Below are positions 16,925 through 28,050 of a stretch of 64,000 nt of DNA, in pieces. The notes below the pieces were generated by a model. That model was given only the letters and a program-made list of their open reading frames with translations, did not search any database and was not told where the DNA came from. The position numbers and the translations under genes are program-made. Origin of the DNA: Thermoplasmata archaeon (GTDB lineage: Archaea; Thermoplasmatota; Thermoplasmata; Thermoplasmatales; Thermoplasmataceae); NCBI GenBank assembly GCA_021785735.1, contig JAJYEP010000001.1, positions 29 through 64,028 on the forward strand. Direction: 5' to 3'. Numbering within the stretch: position 1 is the stretch's first letter; every line of letters starts with the position of its first letter.

Positions 16925-19603
16925 TTGATTATGGATAATCAGGGTCCTCTGGATCTTAAAATATTTCATGAACTTGGAATGACCAGAAAAAAATGCCCCT
17001 CATGCGGAAATTATTTCTGGACATCCGACAAGAAAAGGGAAAAGTGTGGAGATCCCCCATGCGGAACCTACACCTTCATCGGCAAACCTCCAACGAAAGT
17101 GCACCTCAACGTAAAGGAAATGAGGGATCTCTTCATCAACTTCTTCAGGAAGGATCATCACTTCGTGGAACCTTATCCGGTTGTTCCGAGATGGAGGGAG
17201 GATGTCCTTCTAGTAAATGCCTCCATTTACGATTTCCAGCCACATGTCACGTCAGGAGTGGTCAAACCACCAGGAAACCCTCTGGTCATGTCCCAGCCAT
17301 GTATAAGAATGAATGACGTCGACAAAGTTGGGGTTACAGGCCGGCATCTTACTAGCTTTGAGATGCTCTGCCATGACTCTTTCAATTATGAAAATCAGCT
17401 AGTATACTGGAATAACGAGACGGTTACCCTCTGCAACAGATTCCTCAATGAGAAAATGGGTGTGTTGCAGGATGATATAGTTTACAAGGAAAAGCCATGG
17501 GCAGGTGGAGGAAATGCTGGAAATGCCCTGGAGGTATTTGTATCGGGACTTGAAGTTGCTACACTTGTCTTTATGGATCTGGTCGAGAATGAAAATGGCA
17601 GCGTGGAAATTGACGGCATCAAATATGGAAACATGCCGCTGAAGGTGGTTGATACAGGTTACGGCCTGGAAAGGTTATCATGGCTTAGCCTTGGAACCCC
17701 GACAATATTCGAGGCTATATATCCGGAGGTCATGAAACTGATCAGGGAAAATTCGACCGGAGTTTTTCCGGATTATGGCATCCTATCCAAGATACTTGAC
17801 AGATCTTTATCGGACGACGACTTCAACGAGCACAGGATTATAGGGGAAATTGCTGATAACAGTGATTCCGGATTAGACATATCCAGGCTTGAAGAACAGT
17901 TCGAATACGCGAAGTCGTGCTATATTCTTGCAGACCATTCAAGGTCACTGCTGTTCATGTTTTCAGACTATGTGATACCATCGAACGTGAAGGTTGGGTA
18001 CCTGGAGCGTCTTCTTATCAGGAGGTCGCTGAGATCCGCCGCAAGTATAGGGCTCAGCATATCACTATTTGAACTGATCGATGCACAATACAGAAATTAT
18101 TCGGACATACTGCACAATTATCCCGTCGATTTCATCAAGGAGATGATCAGCAGGGAATCAGAAAAGATGGATTCGCTTCTGAAGGCAGGCACTGCGCAGA
18201 TAGAGAGACTGATCAAGAAGCAGGATCAGATAACGGGCGATGATCTTATAAAACTGTACGATTCCTCAGGACTGCTGCCGGAATTTGTCTCGTCAAGATA
18301 TACTGAGATAACTGGAAAGGCACTGCGTGTTCCTGATAACTTCCATGAACTTGTCGTGGCCATACACGAGAAACGCAGATCCCAGAAGGAAGTGGTCAGT
18401 TCATATCCGGAAATATTCACCCGACCATTGTATTATGATGATACCTCCATAAAGGAATTCTCCGCAATTGTTCTGTATTCCGCTGAAAATGTCGTGATCC
18501 TCAATCAGACGGCGTTTTATCCGGAGGGTGGCGGACAGCCCACCGATCTTGGATACCTGATCTATAATGGCAGGAAAATAGATGTAACCAAGGTAGAAAA
18601 GATAGGCAAGACAATAGTGCACAGGATAAACGGCAGCATACCGGAACATTCCAGAGTCAGGGGCTTCATAGACTATGAAAGGAGAAGACAGCTGATGATC
18701 CATCATTCCGCTACGCATCTCCTGCTGGGAGTTACCCGGGAGATACTGGGGGATCATGTATGGCAGAACAGCGTACAGAAGGGAATAGAGACGTCAAGGC
18801 TGGACGTCACACACTATGAGAAGATCAGCCAGGAACAGATCAAAAAGATTGAGATGAGATGTCTCCAGATCATCACCGAAAACCACAGCATAAAGGTAAG
18901 GAACATGGACTGGAACAAGGCTATTTCCCAGTATGGTTTCCGATTATTCCAGGGAGGTGTTCCTCTGGATTCAAAGTTGAGAGTCGTCGAAATAGAAGGA
19001 GTGGATGTTGAAGGGTGCGGTGGCACCCATCTCAGTTCAACCTATGAAATAGGTTTCCTGAAGATCGTCTCCACCGAAACCGTGCAGGAGGGAATACAGA
19101 GACTGACTTTCTCTGCTGGCCCTGCTGCCCTGATCTATACTGAGAAGATAGGCGACGTTGCCTACAGACTGCAGGAATTCCTGTCATCATCTCTTGAAGA
19201 ACTTGATTCGAGGCTTAATGTCTTCATATCCAACTCAATGGACGCGTTCAAATACAGGGAAAGATCATCCAAGATAATTGCCGAACTGGCAGTGGAACAT
19301 TCAAAGGAAATATTTAGAAAGGGCGAAACAGCAGTGATGTTTTCCACAATTCCATTGGGAAAGGAGGAGATCAACATAGTTATTCCAATGATTCTCAGGA
19401 AAAAGGAAAGCATAATACTGGTTACGAGGAGATCTGATGCTGGAATCAATGGCTTCTCCATAATATCAAACAGATTTGATCTCTCAAATTTTGGTACCGG
19501 AAAGGAAGAACTGCTCAACACAACGAAAAAAAATAGCAGAATGGTGGATGGCACTTCTCAGAGAAATGTTGATGAAAACTTAATTAAGACCCTTTTTAAT
19601 TAA
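16925..19603 (+). CDS. alaS: Alanine--tRNA ligase
   Basis: 892 aa. The archaeal AlaRS N-terminus has a zinc knuckle (CPSCGNYFW...CGDPPC). The editing domain carries HHSATHLL and CGGTH, plus FYPEGGGQPTD. The ORF begins at TTG 16925, and ATG 16931 is an alternative start. Confidence 0.95.
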   Translation: MIMDNQGPLDLKIFHELGMTRKKCPSCGNYFWTSDKKREKCGDPPCGTYTFIGKPPTKVHLNVKEMRDLFINFFRKDHHFVEPYPVVPRWREDVLLVNASIYDFQPHVTSGVVKPPGNPLVMSQPCIRMNDVDKVGVTGRHLTSFEMLCHDSFNYENQLVYWNNETVTLCNRFLNEKMGVLQDDIVYKEKPWAGGGNAGNALEVFVSGLEVATLVFMDLVENENGSVEIDGIKYGNMPLKVVDTGYGLERLSWLSLGTPTIFEAIYPEVMKLIRENSTGVFPDYGILSKILDRSLSDDDFNEHRIIGEIADNSDSGLDISRLEEQFEYAKSCYILADHSRSLLFMFSDYVIPSNVKVGYLERLLIRRSLRSAASIGLSISLFELIDAQYRNYSDILHNYPVDFIKEMISRESEKMDSLLKAGTAQIERLIKKQDQITGDDLIKLYDSSGLLPEFVSSRYTEITGKALRVPDNFHELVVAIHEKRRSQKEVVSSYPEIFTRPLYYDDTSIKEFSAIVLYSAENVVILNQTAFYPEGGGQPTDLGYLIYNGRKIDVTKVEKIGKTIVHRINGSIPEHSRVRGFIDYERRRQLMIHHSATHLLLGVTREILGDHVWQNSVQKGIETSRLDVTHYEKISQEQIKKIEMRCLQIITENHSIKVRNMDWNKAISQYGFRLFQGGVPLDSKLRVVEIEGVDVEGCGGTHLSSTYEIGFLKIVSTETVQEGIQRLTFSAGPAALIYTEKIGDVAYRLQEFLSSSLEELDSRLNVFISNSMDAFKYRERSSKIIAELAVEHSKEIFRKGETAVMFSTIPLGKEEINIVIPMILRKKESIILVTRRSDAGINGFSIISNRFDLSNFGTGKEELLNTTKKNSRMVDGTSQRNVDENLIKTLFN

Positions 19604-19616
19604 ATCCCAGAAAAAT

Positions 19617-21335
19617 ATGGAAGAGGCAGAGATCGAAAAGATAAGGAAGATCGTCGCCAAATGGTATAATAATTCAAAACTTAGCGTCGAAGAGAATTCG
19701 CTGGAGGTTTCAGTCGAAGATTTCAGATCCATGCCGGAATATTTTTTCGATAATCTTGTGGAAGATCTGAGCAGGATTGGCTATACCGCATTTACCTCAG
19801 GATCACAGAGGAGTTCAATTTTCATAGTACCCGCAGGCGAAAGTTATAGAAGGAAAGGAAACCTTTCGCCCATATTCCTTGTCCTGACAGTTGCATCTCT
19901 GGTTTTTGTCGGTTTCCTCTACACTGAAAACTTCTTCAGCCAGGGATCAGCGGTTCTTACATTAATTTATTCCGTGATTTTTTTTGTTCTTCCTATACTC
20001 TTCTTCATGTTTTTTAGGGAGTTCGGAAGGCTGATTGCTTCAAAACGGAACGGCATGAAGTACACCATGCCCATATTTATACCAAATCCAGTCTCCCTCG
20101 GCTTTATAGGATCTGTTAATGTCAACAGGAAACCGTACAGCAACTCAAAATCAATGGTGGAAATTGGTGGCATCCCCATACTTTTCGGCTATGTCGCATC
20201 ATTTTTTCTAATCGCCCTGGGATCTTTGCCAATGATGCAGAACATCATATACAGCGGATCATCATCGCCTGTCTATTCCACCGTGGGGCAACCATTACTC
20301 TTTTTGCCGGTGCTCAGGCTTGTATCGCCTCCGTCTGGTATAATGAGTCCGGTGGAATTTGCAGGATGGGTCGGCACAATTGTCAATTCACTGAACGCAC
20401 TGCCTCTCGGTTCCCTGGATGGCGGTTTGTTATGGAAGGGTGTTTTGGGAAACAGGATCTCTTCGGTTCAGTTACCCGTGATCGCAGTTCTTGTGATTGT
20501 CGGCCTGTTTTTCCCATTTCTAATAATACTACCAATATTCCTTATTTTCCTTGGTTATCACAGCCCTGAACCGCTGAATGCGATTTCCAGGCCAGGCGCT
20601 CTCGGCAGGTCTATTTTCGTTGCTGTTATTGTGCTGATGGTGTTTGGACTAGTCCCAGTGCAAACTCACGCCTACATGAACAGCATGGAGGTAACTCCCA
20701 TCACACATTCTGCCATCGATCTGCTGGGAACGGGTACCATCGCTGTGTATGAACTGGGTGTGATAAACACCGGAAACAACCCATATACTCCGTCTTTTTC
20801 AGTTTCACCGTCATTCCCCTTTTATGTCTCCGGAGACACGGGCGCAATCGCTGCAGGACAGGAGAGTTACTTCAACATAACCGTGGTTCCGCAGGGCATC
20901 AACCAGACTGGACTGTATAATATCACAATAACAGCGTATTCCGGTCTGGTAAAGGTTTCTGTCGGCGTTGAACTTGCTGCAGTAGGACTGAGCAGGACTC
21001 TTTCAGTGGATCATTCGGTTAATCCGATTACCTATCCAGTGGTTACCGGGCAAACCTATCACATTTCGCTATATAATTCAGGAGATGCAGGAACCAGCGT
21101 AACTATGTATATATTCTCGCAGGCTACCCTAAATTTCACATTGACTCTTTCAAACGTCACTTATATACAGGGTGACAAAACGGTTTCAGGATTACTTTCA
21201 CCTTATACATTTTATATTTCTGCAGGAGAAACTCTTAACATGGGCATCATGTTCAACAGCATTACCTCTGGAGTCACTCTTGCATTTGTCGGTCAGGACA
21301 TGAATGCTGCAGTCATAGACTTTTACTCATCATGA
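19617..21335 (+). CDS. Site-2-protease (M50)-like membrane protein with substituted zinc ligands and a C-terminal extracellular beta-rich domain
   Basis: 572 aa. The membrane core aligns by eye to M50: REFGRLIASKRNG in place of HExxH, then PIFIPNP...GFIGSV and NALPLGSLDGG. The C-terminal 220 aa or so are Ser/Thr/Asn-rich with many N-x-S/T sequons. It starts 13 nt downstream of alaS. Confidence 0.6.
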   Translation: MEEAEIEKIRKIVAKWYNNSKLSVEENSLEVSVEDFRSMPEYFFDNLVEDLSRIGYTAFTSGSQRSSIFIVPAGESYRRKGNLSPIFLVLTVASLVFVGFLYTENFFSQGSAVLTLIYSVIFFVLPILFFMFFREFGRLIASKRNGMKYTMPIFIPNPVSLGFIGSVNVNRKPYSNSKSMVEIGGIPILFGYVASFFLIALGSLPMMQNIIYSGSSSPVYSTVGQPLLFLPVLRLVSPPSGIMSPVEFAGWVGTIVNSLNALPLGSLDGGLLWKGVLGNRISSVQLPVIAVLVIVGLFFPFLIILPIFLIFLGYHSPEPLNAISRPGALGRSIFVAVIVLMVFGLVPVQTHAYMNSMEVTPITHSAIDLLGTGTIAVYELGVINTGNNPYTPSFSVSPSFPFYVSGDTGAIAAGQESYFNITVVPQGINQTGLYNITITAYSGLVKVSVGVELAAVGLSRTLSVDHSVNPITYPVVTGQTYHISLYNSGDAGTSVTMYIFSQATLNFTLTLSNVTYIQGDKTVSGLLSPYTFYISAGETLNMGIMFNSITSGVTLAFVGQDMNAAVIDFYSS

Positions 21336-21397
21336 GAGGTTCTAAAAATCAAGGAAAGATAAATAAATTACAAATATCTGGTATATCGTGAAGTGAT

Positions 21398-22468
21398 TTG
21401 GTAAAAAGAATTGCCTTTTTGATAAATCCCATTGCGGGTTCGGGTCTCGCACTGAATCTGAAGGATTCCGATTCGATCAGCGAATTGCCCGGCAATTCCC
21501 ACTCGGTCAAGGAAGGAGAAAAATTTCTTCAGAGCATAGTTGGTTCAGACGCAGCGTTTCTTGTGCCATCAGGTATAATGGGAGAAGATTCCCTTGCAAA
21601 ATATGGTTTTTCGTTTGAGATAATCACCAGGCCGGGAAAGATGACAACCGGATTGGATACAATTGAGTTCGCCAGGATTGCATGTTCGAGGGGATGTGAC
21701 CTTCTGGTATTTGTTGGTGGTGATGGTACTGCCAGGGACATATTTTCAGCCATTGGAGAACGAATTCCTGTTCTGGGCATTCCTGCAGGCATAAAGATGT
21801 ACAGTTCCGTCTACGCGCTTAACTTCAACCACGCTGCAGACCTTTTTAAAAAATTCATACAGGGGGAAGGGTACGAGATTTACAGAGGTGAAGTTGCGGA
21901 CCTAGATGCTGGTTATTTCAAAGGTCAGGGATTCCATATAAATTATTTTGGCGATTTACGGGTAATTGGAGATTCCTCTTCTCCAAAGTTCTCCAAATCA
22001 GAGGTCCAGGCAGACGACATTTCGGGAATAGTGGATTTTGTCATCGAGAACATGAGAAAAGATGCCTATTATTTCGTGGGCCCCGGATCCACCTGCAAGG
22101 CAATAACAAGGAATTTCGGTGGAAACCCTGATCTGCTTGGAATTGATGTAATCAGGAATGGAATCATTGTGAAGCTCGATGCCAGCGAGAATGATCTCAT
22201 AAAGTTCAGCAGTGAACAGTCCTTCATAGTAGTCTCCCCGCTCGGAGATCAGGGATTTCTCCTGGGGAGAGGAAACAGGCAGATAACGGGCAGAGTGATG
22301 GAACGGGTTGGGTTCGAGAATCTCATTGTAATAGCATCAAGGTTAAAAATGGACAGGATTAACAGTCTCTATGTTGACATAGATTTCCCAGTCGATTGTA
22401 TACCAAAATACCTGAGGGTCATCATCGGTTACGGAGAAACCAGGATTGTGAAAACGGTCTTTCGCTAA
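21398..22468 (+). CDS. ATP-NAD kinase family protein (COG3199/AcoX-like)
   Basis: 356 aa. The LVFVGGDGTARDI motif (GGDGT) followed by PVLGIPAGIKMYS is typical of the NAD kinase/diacylglycerol kinase fold. TTG start. Confidence 0.7.
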   Translation: MVKRIAFLINPIAGSGLALNLKDSDSISELPGNSHSVKEGEKFLQSIVGSDAAFLVPSGIMGEDSLAKYGFSFEIITRPGKMTTGLDTIEFARIACSRGCDLLVFVGGDGTARDIFSAIGERIPVLGIPAGIKMYSSVYALNFNHAADLFKKFIQGEGYEIYRGEVADLDAGYFKGQGFHINYFGDLRVIGDSSSPKFSKSEVQADDISGIVDFVIENMRKDAYYFVGPGSTCKAITRNFGGNPDLLGIDVIRNGIIVKLDASENDLIKFSSEQSFIVVSPLGDQGFLLGRGNRQITGRVMERVGFENLIVIASRLKMDRINSLYVDIDFPVDCIPKYLRVIIGYGETRIVKTVFR

Positions 22469-22517
22469 TCAATATTTTTCCGCAAAGGATTATCTATGTC
22501 AGACAGATCACGACACA

Positions 22518-24257
22518 TTGGATAACGATAGAACCTCCAGGACATTTGCAGATTTATCTGCATTTTTGAGGAGAGCACCGAAATTCAGGTACTATCCTGT
22601 ACCTCTCATTATCATCACGCTTGTTGATGTCCTGCTCACAAAGAAGATACTGGAGACATCAGTCATAATAATTGCAGGGTTCCTTATCGGTTCTTATTTG
22701 GATCTGGCCGTTACCAGAAAATGGAATTTCTTCTTTCCATTCAGGAGAATAGTTTACCTCAACTTCTTTACGCTGGGTCTGTCCACAATATTTTTCTGGG
22801 CTCTTTTCGCATTTCATTTCATGGATATTGGCGGCATAGCCCTCCTGACATTTTCCTTTACATTGACAGCTTTTGTCAGATCCATGGTTTACTATGTATA
22901 TTATGGCGACAATCTCAGGAAGGCTATTCTTCCCGCTCTGGTCTATCCGTCGATAACTATCATAACTGCATTCTCTGTGACATTGATCTATTCAATGGTC
23001 TTTTCAACCACCGTCGCAATGATCATATTTGCATTCGCGGGCTATGTTTATGCAAACTGGACAATGGGGGACTTCAAGAGGGAATTTGGGCAGAGCCCTG
23101 TAAAAGTATTAAACATGTTTCTGAACCTTCACACGATGAACAGCAGCGACCATGAAGGATTGGATTTCTTCTACCAGCTTTACAGCCTTGAAAGGGAAGT
23201 CCCAGTCAGCATAATCGATGTTAAAACAATGGAAGACGAAAGGAAACTGCTGATGGTGTTCCCTTATGTTCATCCAGGACCCTTTGGAAGCGTGGGATCA
23301 AGCAATCTGCCGGAAAAGCTTCTCATGCGGCTTTCAGATATAACACCAGAGATCATGGTGTTCCACACAGCGACAACTAACAGCAACAACTGCAGGGATG
23401 ACGTAGATGTGGACAGCATATCACAGGGTGTTAGAAGCGCCCTGGAGCTGGAACAGGAAATATCTGGAATATCAAGATTCAAGAAACTGAATGTTGGACG
23501 AATAAAAATGGGGCTTCAGAGGTTCGGGGATGTTCTGCTTTGTGCGATTATACCGGAAAACAGGGCATTCGACGATATAGAACTGGAGGAGGGAATGAAA
23601 ATGATGTCTGCTCTCAAGGAATCAGGTGCCAGGGATTCGCTTATCATTGATGCGCAGAACTTTTTTTCACACGGTTCAAGTTCTCTGAACGACGTTTCTT
23701 CTTTGATACCTCCATCGATCAGGGAATTCAAAAAAATGGACACAACCGGAGACTTCTCCATGGGATACGGCAGGACTTTCACAGAGACGGCAGGGTTGGG
23801 AAAACTTGGCATCCAGGCAGTTGTGATCAGGGCTGGGGAGAAGTACAATGCATATGTACTTACTGATTCAAACAACATACTGAGGGAAATTATAGATGAG
23901 AGCAGGGAATTGCTTAAAGAGGAAATAGACAATGTCGAGATTTACACGACAGACAATCACTATGTCAACAAGAATACTCTTGACATGAACCCGCTGGGTC
24001 AGAGAGACAATCCGGAACTTATTGTGGAATTAATTGTGGATGCAGTTGTTCAGGCAAAATCATCAGTGCAAAAAGTAAAATTATATCATGGATCGACCAA
24101 TGTGAAGGTTCACATGGGAGAGAAGGAAATCTTTCAGAAACTGCAAAATGTGGTTTTCTCTTCAATTAGAAGGGCAAAATACCTCCTTCTGCTGGATTTC
24201 ATACCATCACTCATAGTTGCCATACTGGCATTCACCTATCTTATGCGCATCATTTGA
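22518..24257 (+). CDS. Membrane protein with large C-terminal soluble domain (resembles archaeal DUF2070 family)
   Basis: 579 aa. About 6-7 N-terminal TM helices, then a soluble domain of about 330 aa and a final TM helix. The DUF2070 assignment is from memory of size and architecture only. Confidence 0.5.
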   Translation: MDNDRTSRTFADLSAFLRRAPKFRYYPVPLIIITLVDVLLTKKILETSVIIIAGFLIGSYLDLAVTRKWNFFFPFRRIVYLNFFTLGLSTIFFWALFAFHFMDIGGIALLTFSFTLTAFVRSMVYYVYYGDNLRKAILPALVYPSITIITAFSVTLIYSMVFSTTVAMIIFAFAGYVYANWTMGDFKREFGQSPVKVLNMFLNLHTMNSSDHEGLDFFYQLYSLEREVPVSIIDVKTMEDERKLLMVFPYVHPGPFGSVGSSNLPEKLLMRLSDITPEIMVFHTATTNSNNCRDDVDVDSISQGVRSALELEQEISGISRFKKLNVGRIKMGLQRFGDVLLCAIIPENRAFDDIELEEGMKMMSALKESGARDSLIIDAQNFFSHGSSSLNDVSSLIPPSIREFKKMDTTGDFSMGYGRTFTETAGLGKLGIQAVVIRAGEKYNAYVLTDSNNILREIIDESRELLKEEIDNVEIYTTDNHYVNKNTLDMNPLGQRDNPELIVELIVDAVVQAKSSVQKVKLYHGSTNVKVHMGEKEIFQKLQNVVFSSIRRAKYLLLLDFIPSLIVAILAFTYLMRII

Positions 24258-25326
24258 AGTCAAATCCTGCTCCGATAAGCAGGTCGGAAAGCACCACAGA
24301 GGTGAGCGTCTGTACCACAGGAACCGCACGTATTGCGATGCAGGGATCATGCCTTCCCTTGACTGAAATTTCATCATCTTTCATGGTTTCGAGATTGACC
24401 GTTTTCTGGGATATCTTTATGGATGAGGTAGGTTTCATGACAACCCTGAATACAACCGGCATGCCATTGGTGATGCCGCCAAGGATTCCACCATTATGGT
24501 TTGAAGTTGTTACAATTTTTTTACCATTATAGGTGAAAGGATCACTAGCTTCCGATCCCCTCATTGAGGAGAAGTCGAAGCCAGACCCAAATTCAATGCC
24601 CTTTAGTCCAGGAATGGAAAACATTGCATGGGAAATCATGCTCTCCACGGAATCGAAGAAAGGATTCCCGATTCCTTCGGGAATACCATACACCAGTGTT
24701 CTAATAGTGGCACCTATGCTGTCACCATCCCCGAGCAATCTCTTTATCAATTGCTGAGCCTCCATATCCTTAGTTTTATCGGGAATTCTTGAAATAAAAG
24801 AATATGCAGATTCCTCGGGATCATGATTTCTGTTGAGGGAGATGGGACCCATTGAATCGATGAAGGACTTCAACAGTATACCTTTCTTCTGAAGCATCTC
24901 AAGCGTGATTGATCCAAGTGCTACAATAGGTGCTGTCATCCTTCCGGAAATAAAGCCTCCACCAGAATAAGGTCGATGTTCACCATACCTGTAAAGCATT
25001 GTCAGGTCCCCATGACCGGGCCTTGGTTTATTTCTGATCTCTTCATAATGATCAGGTATTGTATCCCTGTTTCTTATGAGAACTGTCAATGGTCCTCCAT
25101 TGGTATATTCATTATCAACACCGCTTACGATCTCAACAGTATCCTCCTCCTTTCTCTGAGTTGTGAGAAAACTCTGGGCAGGTCGCCTTCTATCCGTCCA
25201 CACCTTAATGTTTTCTGTATCTATTTTGAGACCAGCAGGCAAGCCATCAAGAATCCCCCCCACCAGTGTTCCGTGTGATTCTCCAAAGATTGTGAGACCT
25301 ATATTTTTCCCAAACGTGAATGACAT
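24250..25326 (-). CDS. aroC: Chorismate synthase
   Basis: 358 aa. N-terminus FGKNIGLTIFGESHG...GGILDGLPAGL, plus RPGHGD, SGRMTAP and GGITNGMP, match AroC. Confidence 0.9.
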   Translation of the reverse strand: MSFTFGKNIGLTIFGESHGTLVGGILDGLPAGLKIDTENIKVWTDRRRPAQSFLTTQRKEEDTVEIVSGVDNEYTNGGPLTVLIRNRDTIPDHYEEIRNKPRPGHGDLTMLYRYGEHRPYSGGGFISGRMTAPIVALGSITLEMLQKKGILLKSFIDSMGPISLNRNHDPEESAYSFISRIPDKTKDMEAQQLIKRLLGDGDSIGATIRTLVYGIPEGIGNPFFDSVESMISHAMFSIPGLKGIEFGSGFDFSSMRGSEASDPFTYNGKKIVTTSNHNGGILGGITNGMPVVFRVVMKPTSSIKISQKTVNLETMKDDEISVKGRHDPCIAIRAVPVVQTLTSVVLSDLLIGAGFDFK

Positions 25327-25603
25327 AAGTTACACATCTATATCCAACACTCATATCTTAATCTTAATCCACATCAACATCTCAGTTTATGTTTGACGAA
25401 ACACAAGAATGGCTGGATATTTCCATTGGAATTGATCCGATACATAGACGATCCTAACAGTTTTCAAAATATGATCCTTGGATGTGCTATTCAGTAAATT
25501 CATAATTTATCGGACAGGATGTCGCCATAAGATTATTCCCACACTTTGAAAAATACTAAAAAATTTTGCAAAAGTATTAATCAGTAGATTCAATGTCAAT
25601 ATT

Positions 25604-27562
25604 GTGAGCGATACTTTAGAAGACGTGGAATCTTGGGTTAAGAAGCAAAATATAGCTTCTACAAAAGAGATTCCTGTTCCCAAGATATTGTACGATCAGG
25701 TTATAGGTCAGGATGAGGCCGCATATGTAGTGAAGAAGGCCGCCATACAAAAGAGGCATGTTCTCCTGATTGGTGATCCCGGGACGGGTAAGTCCATGCT
25801 TGCACAGTCAATGACTGATTTTCTGCCAAAGGAGGATCTTGAGGACATCGTCGTGTTTCCAAATCCTGAAGATCCCAACAGGCCAAGAATTAAGACATTT
25901 CCCGCTGGAAAGGGAAAAGAAATAGTGAAACAGTATCAGATAAAAGCTGAAAGGGACAAGAAAGAGAGGTCCAGGGGGCTTCTCCTCGTTATATTGACGG
26001 TTTTTTTTGGAGGAATACTGCTCGCAATATTCCTGAGTGATTACGTTATAGCATTTATGGCACTGATAGCAGCAGCTGTGCTCTATATGGCTCTTGCTTT
26101 CAATCCGGCTTTCAGAATGGAAAGAAGCATGGCACCAAAGATTCTCGTTTCTCATACACCAAACGACAGGCCTCCATTTGTTGATTCTACTGGGTCACAT
26201 TCAGGAGCACTGCTTGGAGACGTAAGACACGATCCGTTTCAGTCTGGCGGACTGGAAACTCCTGCGCATGAACGTGTCGAGGCAGGTAACATTCACAAAG
26301 CACACCGTGGGGTGTTGTTTGTCGACGAGATAAATCTACTCAGGCTAGAGAGCCAGCAGGCGCTCTTGACTGCAATGCAGGAGAAGAAATTTTCAATTTC
26401 AGGGCAGAGCGAAAGAAGTGCTGGAGCCATGGTGCAGACAGAACCAGTTCCGTGCGACTTTGTGCTTGTGGCAGCCGGGAATCTGGACGCAATTCAGGGA
26501 ATGCACCCCGCCCTCAGATCGAGAATAAGGGGATACGGGTATGAGGTATATGTTCAGAGCACAATGGATGACAACGAGGAGAATAGAAAAAAACTCATAC
26601 AATTCATCGCACAGGAAGTAACTAAGGACAAAAAGATCCCGCACTTCGACGAATCCGCGATCATAGAAGTAATAAAGGAAGCCCAGAAGAGATCCGGAAG
26701 GAAAGGAAAATTAACCCTTAGGCTCAGAGAACTTGGTGGTCTTATAAGAGTTGCAGGGGACATAGCAGTGACTGAGAAAGCTGAACTAGTAACGGCAAAA
26801 CATGTCACATCTGCCAAGAGCCTCAGCAAGCCCCTGGAGCAGCAGGTCGCAGACAGATCGGTTGAGGTTAAGAAACTCTACAAGACGTTCAGGACAGAGG
26901 GTAGTGCAGTAGGCATGGTGAACGGTCTTGCGGTAGTCGGTGCAGATACAGGTATGGCAGATTATACAGGAATAGTTATGCCCATAGTCGCAGAGGTTAC
27001 ACCGTCACAGCACAAGGGTAACGGCAGCGTGGTTGCTACCGGAAAGCTGGGTGATATAGCCAAGGAAGCTGTGCAAAACGTTTCAGCGGTATTCAAGAAA
27101 ATATCCGGAAAGGATATCTCTGACATGGATATTCACATACAGTTTATAGGCACATATGAAGGCGTTGAGGGGGATTCAGCAAGCGTGTCAATTGCCACTG
27201 CAGTCATATCGGCCATAGAGGAAATTCCGGTTGATCAGTCCATTGCCATGACAGGATCATTGAGCGTCAGGGGAAATGTTCTTCCAGTCGGAGGCGTGAC
27301 CGCTAAGGTTGAGGCTGCGATAGAAACGGGTCTGAAAAAGGTCATCGTCCCGGAATCCAACATGGGCGACATAATCCTGGATGAGTCACACAAGGACAAG
27401 ATAGAAATAATCCCAGTTTCAACTATAATGGAAGTTCTTCAATACGCACTGGAATCCACGCCGGAGAGAAAGACTTTCTTCGACAAGGTCTCCGATATTC
27501 TGAATCCCAACAAGGTGGGAAGCAGCAAAATATCTGGACGACAGGGGCCCAATGCAGTTTGA
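25604..27562 (+). CDS. lonB: Archaeal membrane-bound Lon protease (LonB)
   Basis: 652 aa. Walker [10 protein letters not shown], two inserted TM helices ([19 protein letters not shown]...[11 protein letters not shown]), Walker B VLFVDEI, and a protease domain with GDSASVSIA (catalytic Ser) and ...[13 protein letters not shown] start. Confidence 0.9.
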   Translation: MSDTLEDVESWVKKQNIASTKEIPVPKILYDQVIGQDEAAYVVKKAAIQKRHVLLIGDPGTGKSMLAQSMTDFLPKEDLEDIVVFPNPEDPNRPRIKTFPAGKGKEIVKQYQIKAERDKKERSRGLLLVILTVFFGGILLAIFLSDYVIAFMALIAAAVLYMALAFNPAFRMERSMAPKILVSHTPNDRPPFVDSTGSHSGALLGDVRHDPFQSGGLETPAHERVEAGNIHKAHRGVLFVDEINLLRLESQQALLTAMQEKKFSISGQSERSAGAMVQTEPVPCDFVLVAAGNLDAIQGMHPALRSRIRGYGYEVYVQSTMDDNEENRKKLIQFIAQEVTKDKKIPHFDESAIIEVIKEAQKRSGRKGKLTLRLRELGGLIRVAGDIAVTEKAELVTAKHVTSAKSLSKPLEQQVADRSVEVKKLYKTFRTEGSAVGMVNGLAVVGADTGMADYTGIVMPIVAEVTPSQHKGNGSVVATGKLGDIAKEAVQNVSAVFKKISGKDISDMDIHIQFIGTYEGVEGDSASVSIATAVISAIEEIPVDQSIAMTGSLSVRGNVLPVGGVTAKVEAAIETGLKKVIVPESNMGDIILDESHKDKIEIIPVSTIMEVLQYALESTPERKTFFDKVSDILNPNKVGSSKISGRQGPNAV

Positions 27563-28007
27563 TTTTGCTTACGTAAAATTGTTGGAATCGTCAAGGCCCT
27601 CGGACGTAATCGATTTCTGCAGATCAAGGACATCAATATTTCAGCTTCTCAGATGCAGTTCCCTGATCTCCGAGGAACAGGTTCGCATAGCAGTGGACAT
27701 GATGGACCAGATCAGGGAAAAGGTGAACATACAGGATGAGGGAATCCTTCTTATGCTGCTGCTTGCAGGAACCAATCAGATTAAGGTTGCTGAGGATAGA
27801 GTCGGAATAAGCAGACAGGAGGCTGAATATCTCTGTGTGTACGGCAATAAAAAAGAACTTGAAGATTTTATAAATTCATTTGATTCCGTCGTGTTGGTCG
27901 ACAACCCGATGCTTCCTGAAAAGGACCCCACAAGAGACGCTGATACATTTATGAATCTTTCCAGGGCCAGATTCATGCTCCTCAATTGGTCGGCAATATC
28001 GATTTAG
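27552..28007 (+). CDS. Hypothetical protein
   Basis: 151-aa ORF overlapping the lonB stop by 11 nt, an operon-like arrangement. No family recognised. Confidence 0.45.
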   Translation: MQFDFAYVKLLESSRPSDVIDFCRSRTSIFQLLRCSSLISEEQVRIAVDMMDQIREKVNIQDEGILLMLLLAGTNQIKVAEDRVGISRQEAEYLCVYGNKKELEDFINSFDSVVLVDNPMLPEKDPTRDADTFMNLSRARFMLLNWSAISI

Positions 28008-28050
28008 ATATTTCAGTCGACTACAAACAATATATAATTACATCCTTGTT

